Below, piece after piece: positions 62,091-62,118 of a DNA stretch of 62,118 nucleotides (positions are counted from its first letter, which is position 1; every line of letters begins with the position of its first letter). Under the pieces are notes generated by a model. The model had not been told where the DNA came from. It saw nothing but the letters and a program-made list of their open reading frames with translations, and searched no databases. The translations under genes were made by a program, and so were the position numbers. This DNA is from Picochlorum sp. SENEW3 (lineage: Eukaryota), in the NCBI GenBank assembly GCA_034226945.1, contig CP120461.1, forward strand, positions 930,001-992,118, read 5' to 3'.

Positions 62091-62118
62091 AGCAATACGT
62101 AACTGAACGAAGTACTGA

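Larger units (their letters stand above)
44606..62118. mobile_element. Putative large foreign block interrupting the PKS (element class unknown)
   Basis: Abrupt loss of KR similarity, jump to GC/CpG-rich sequence, satellite array, orphan genes; no transposase motif, TIR or TSD seen. Confidence 0.4.

Noticed and set aside
44606..62118. Terminal inverted repeats or target-site duplication
   Set aside because: Only a 5-bp match (acttc/gaagt) between the ends, which is chance level; the true right end may lie outside the window.

Overview
Eukaryotic nuclear DNA from a very compact green alga. Short GT-AG introns, tiny intergenic gaps, an SBP transcription factor, nucleus-encoded plastid L35 and FKBP, and an AT-less type I PKS suggest a Picochlorum-like trebouxiophyte (inference). 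Bases 1-33 kb are a dense run of mostly housekeeping genes plus three tandem PL14 (chlorovirus vAL-1-like) polysaccharide lyases. Bases 33.4-44.6 kb hold a multi-module type I PKS that breaks off inside a KR domain. From about 44,606 to the window end the DNA changes character: a GC-rich leader, about 56 tandem copies of a 153-bp unit, two divergent intron-containing orphan genes (about 1260 aa, and about 640 aa with a GATA-like C4 zinc finger), then a T/G-skewed tail with telomere-like motifs. This block of at least 17.5 kb is the best candidate for an undescribed system (large mobile or selfish element, centromere or subtelomere module). A misassembly at the junction cannot be excluded from sequence alone.
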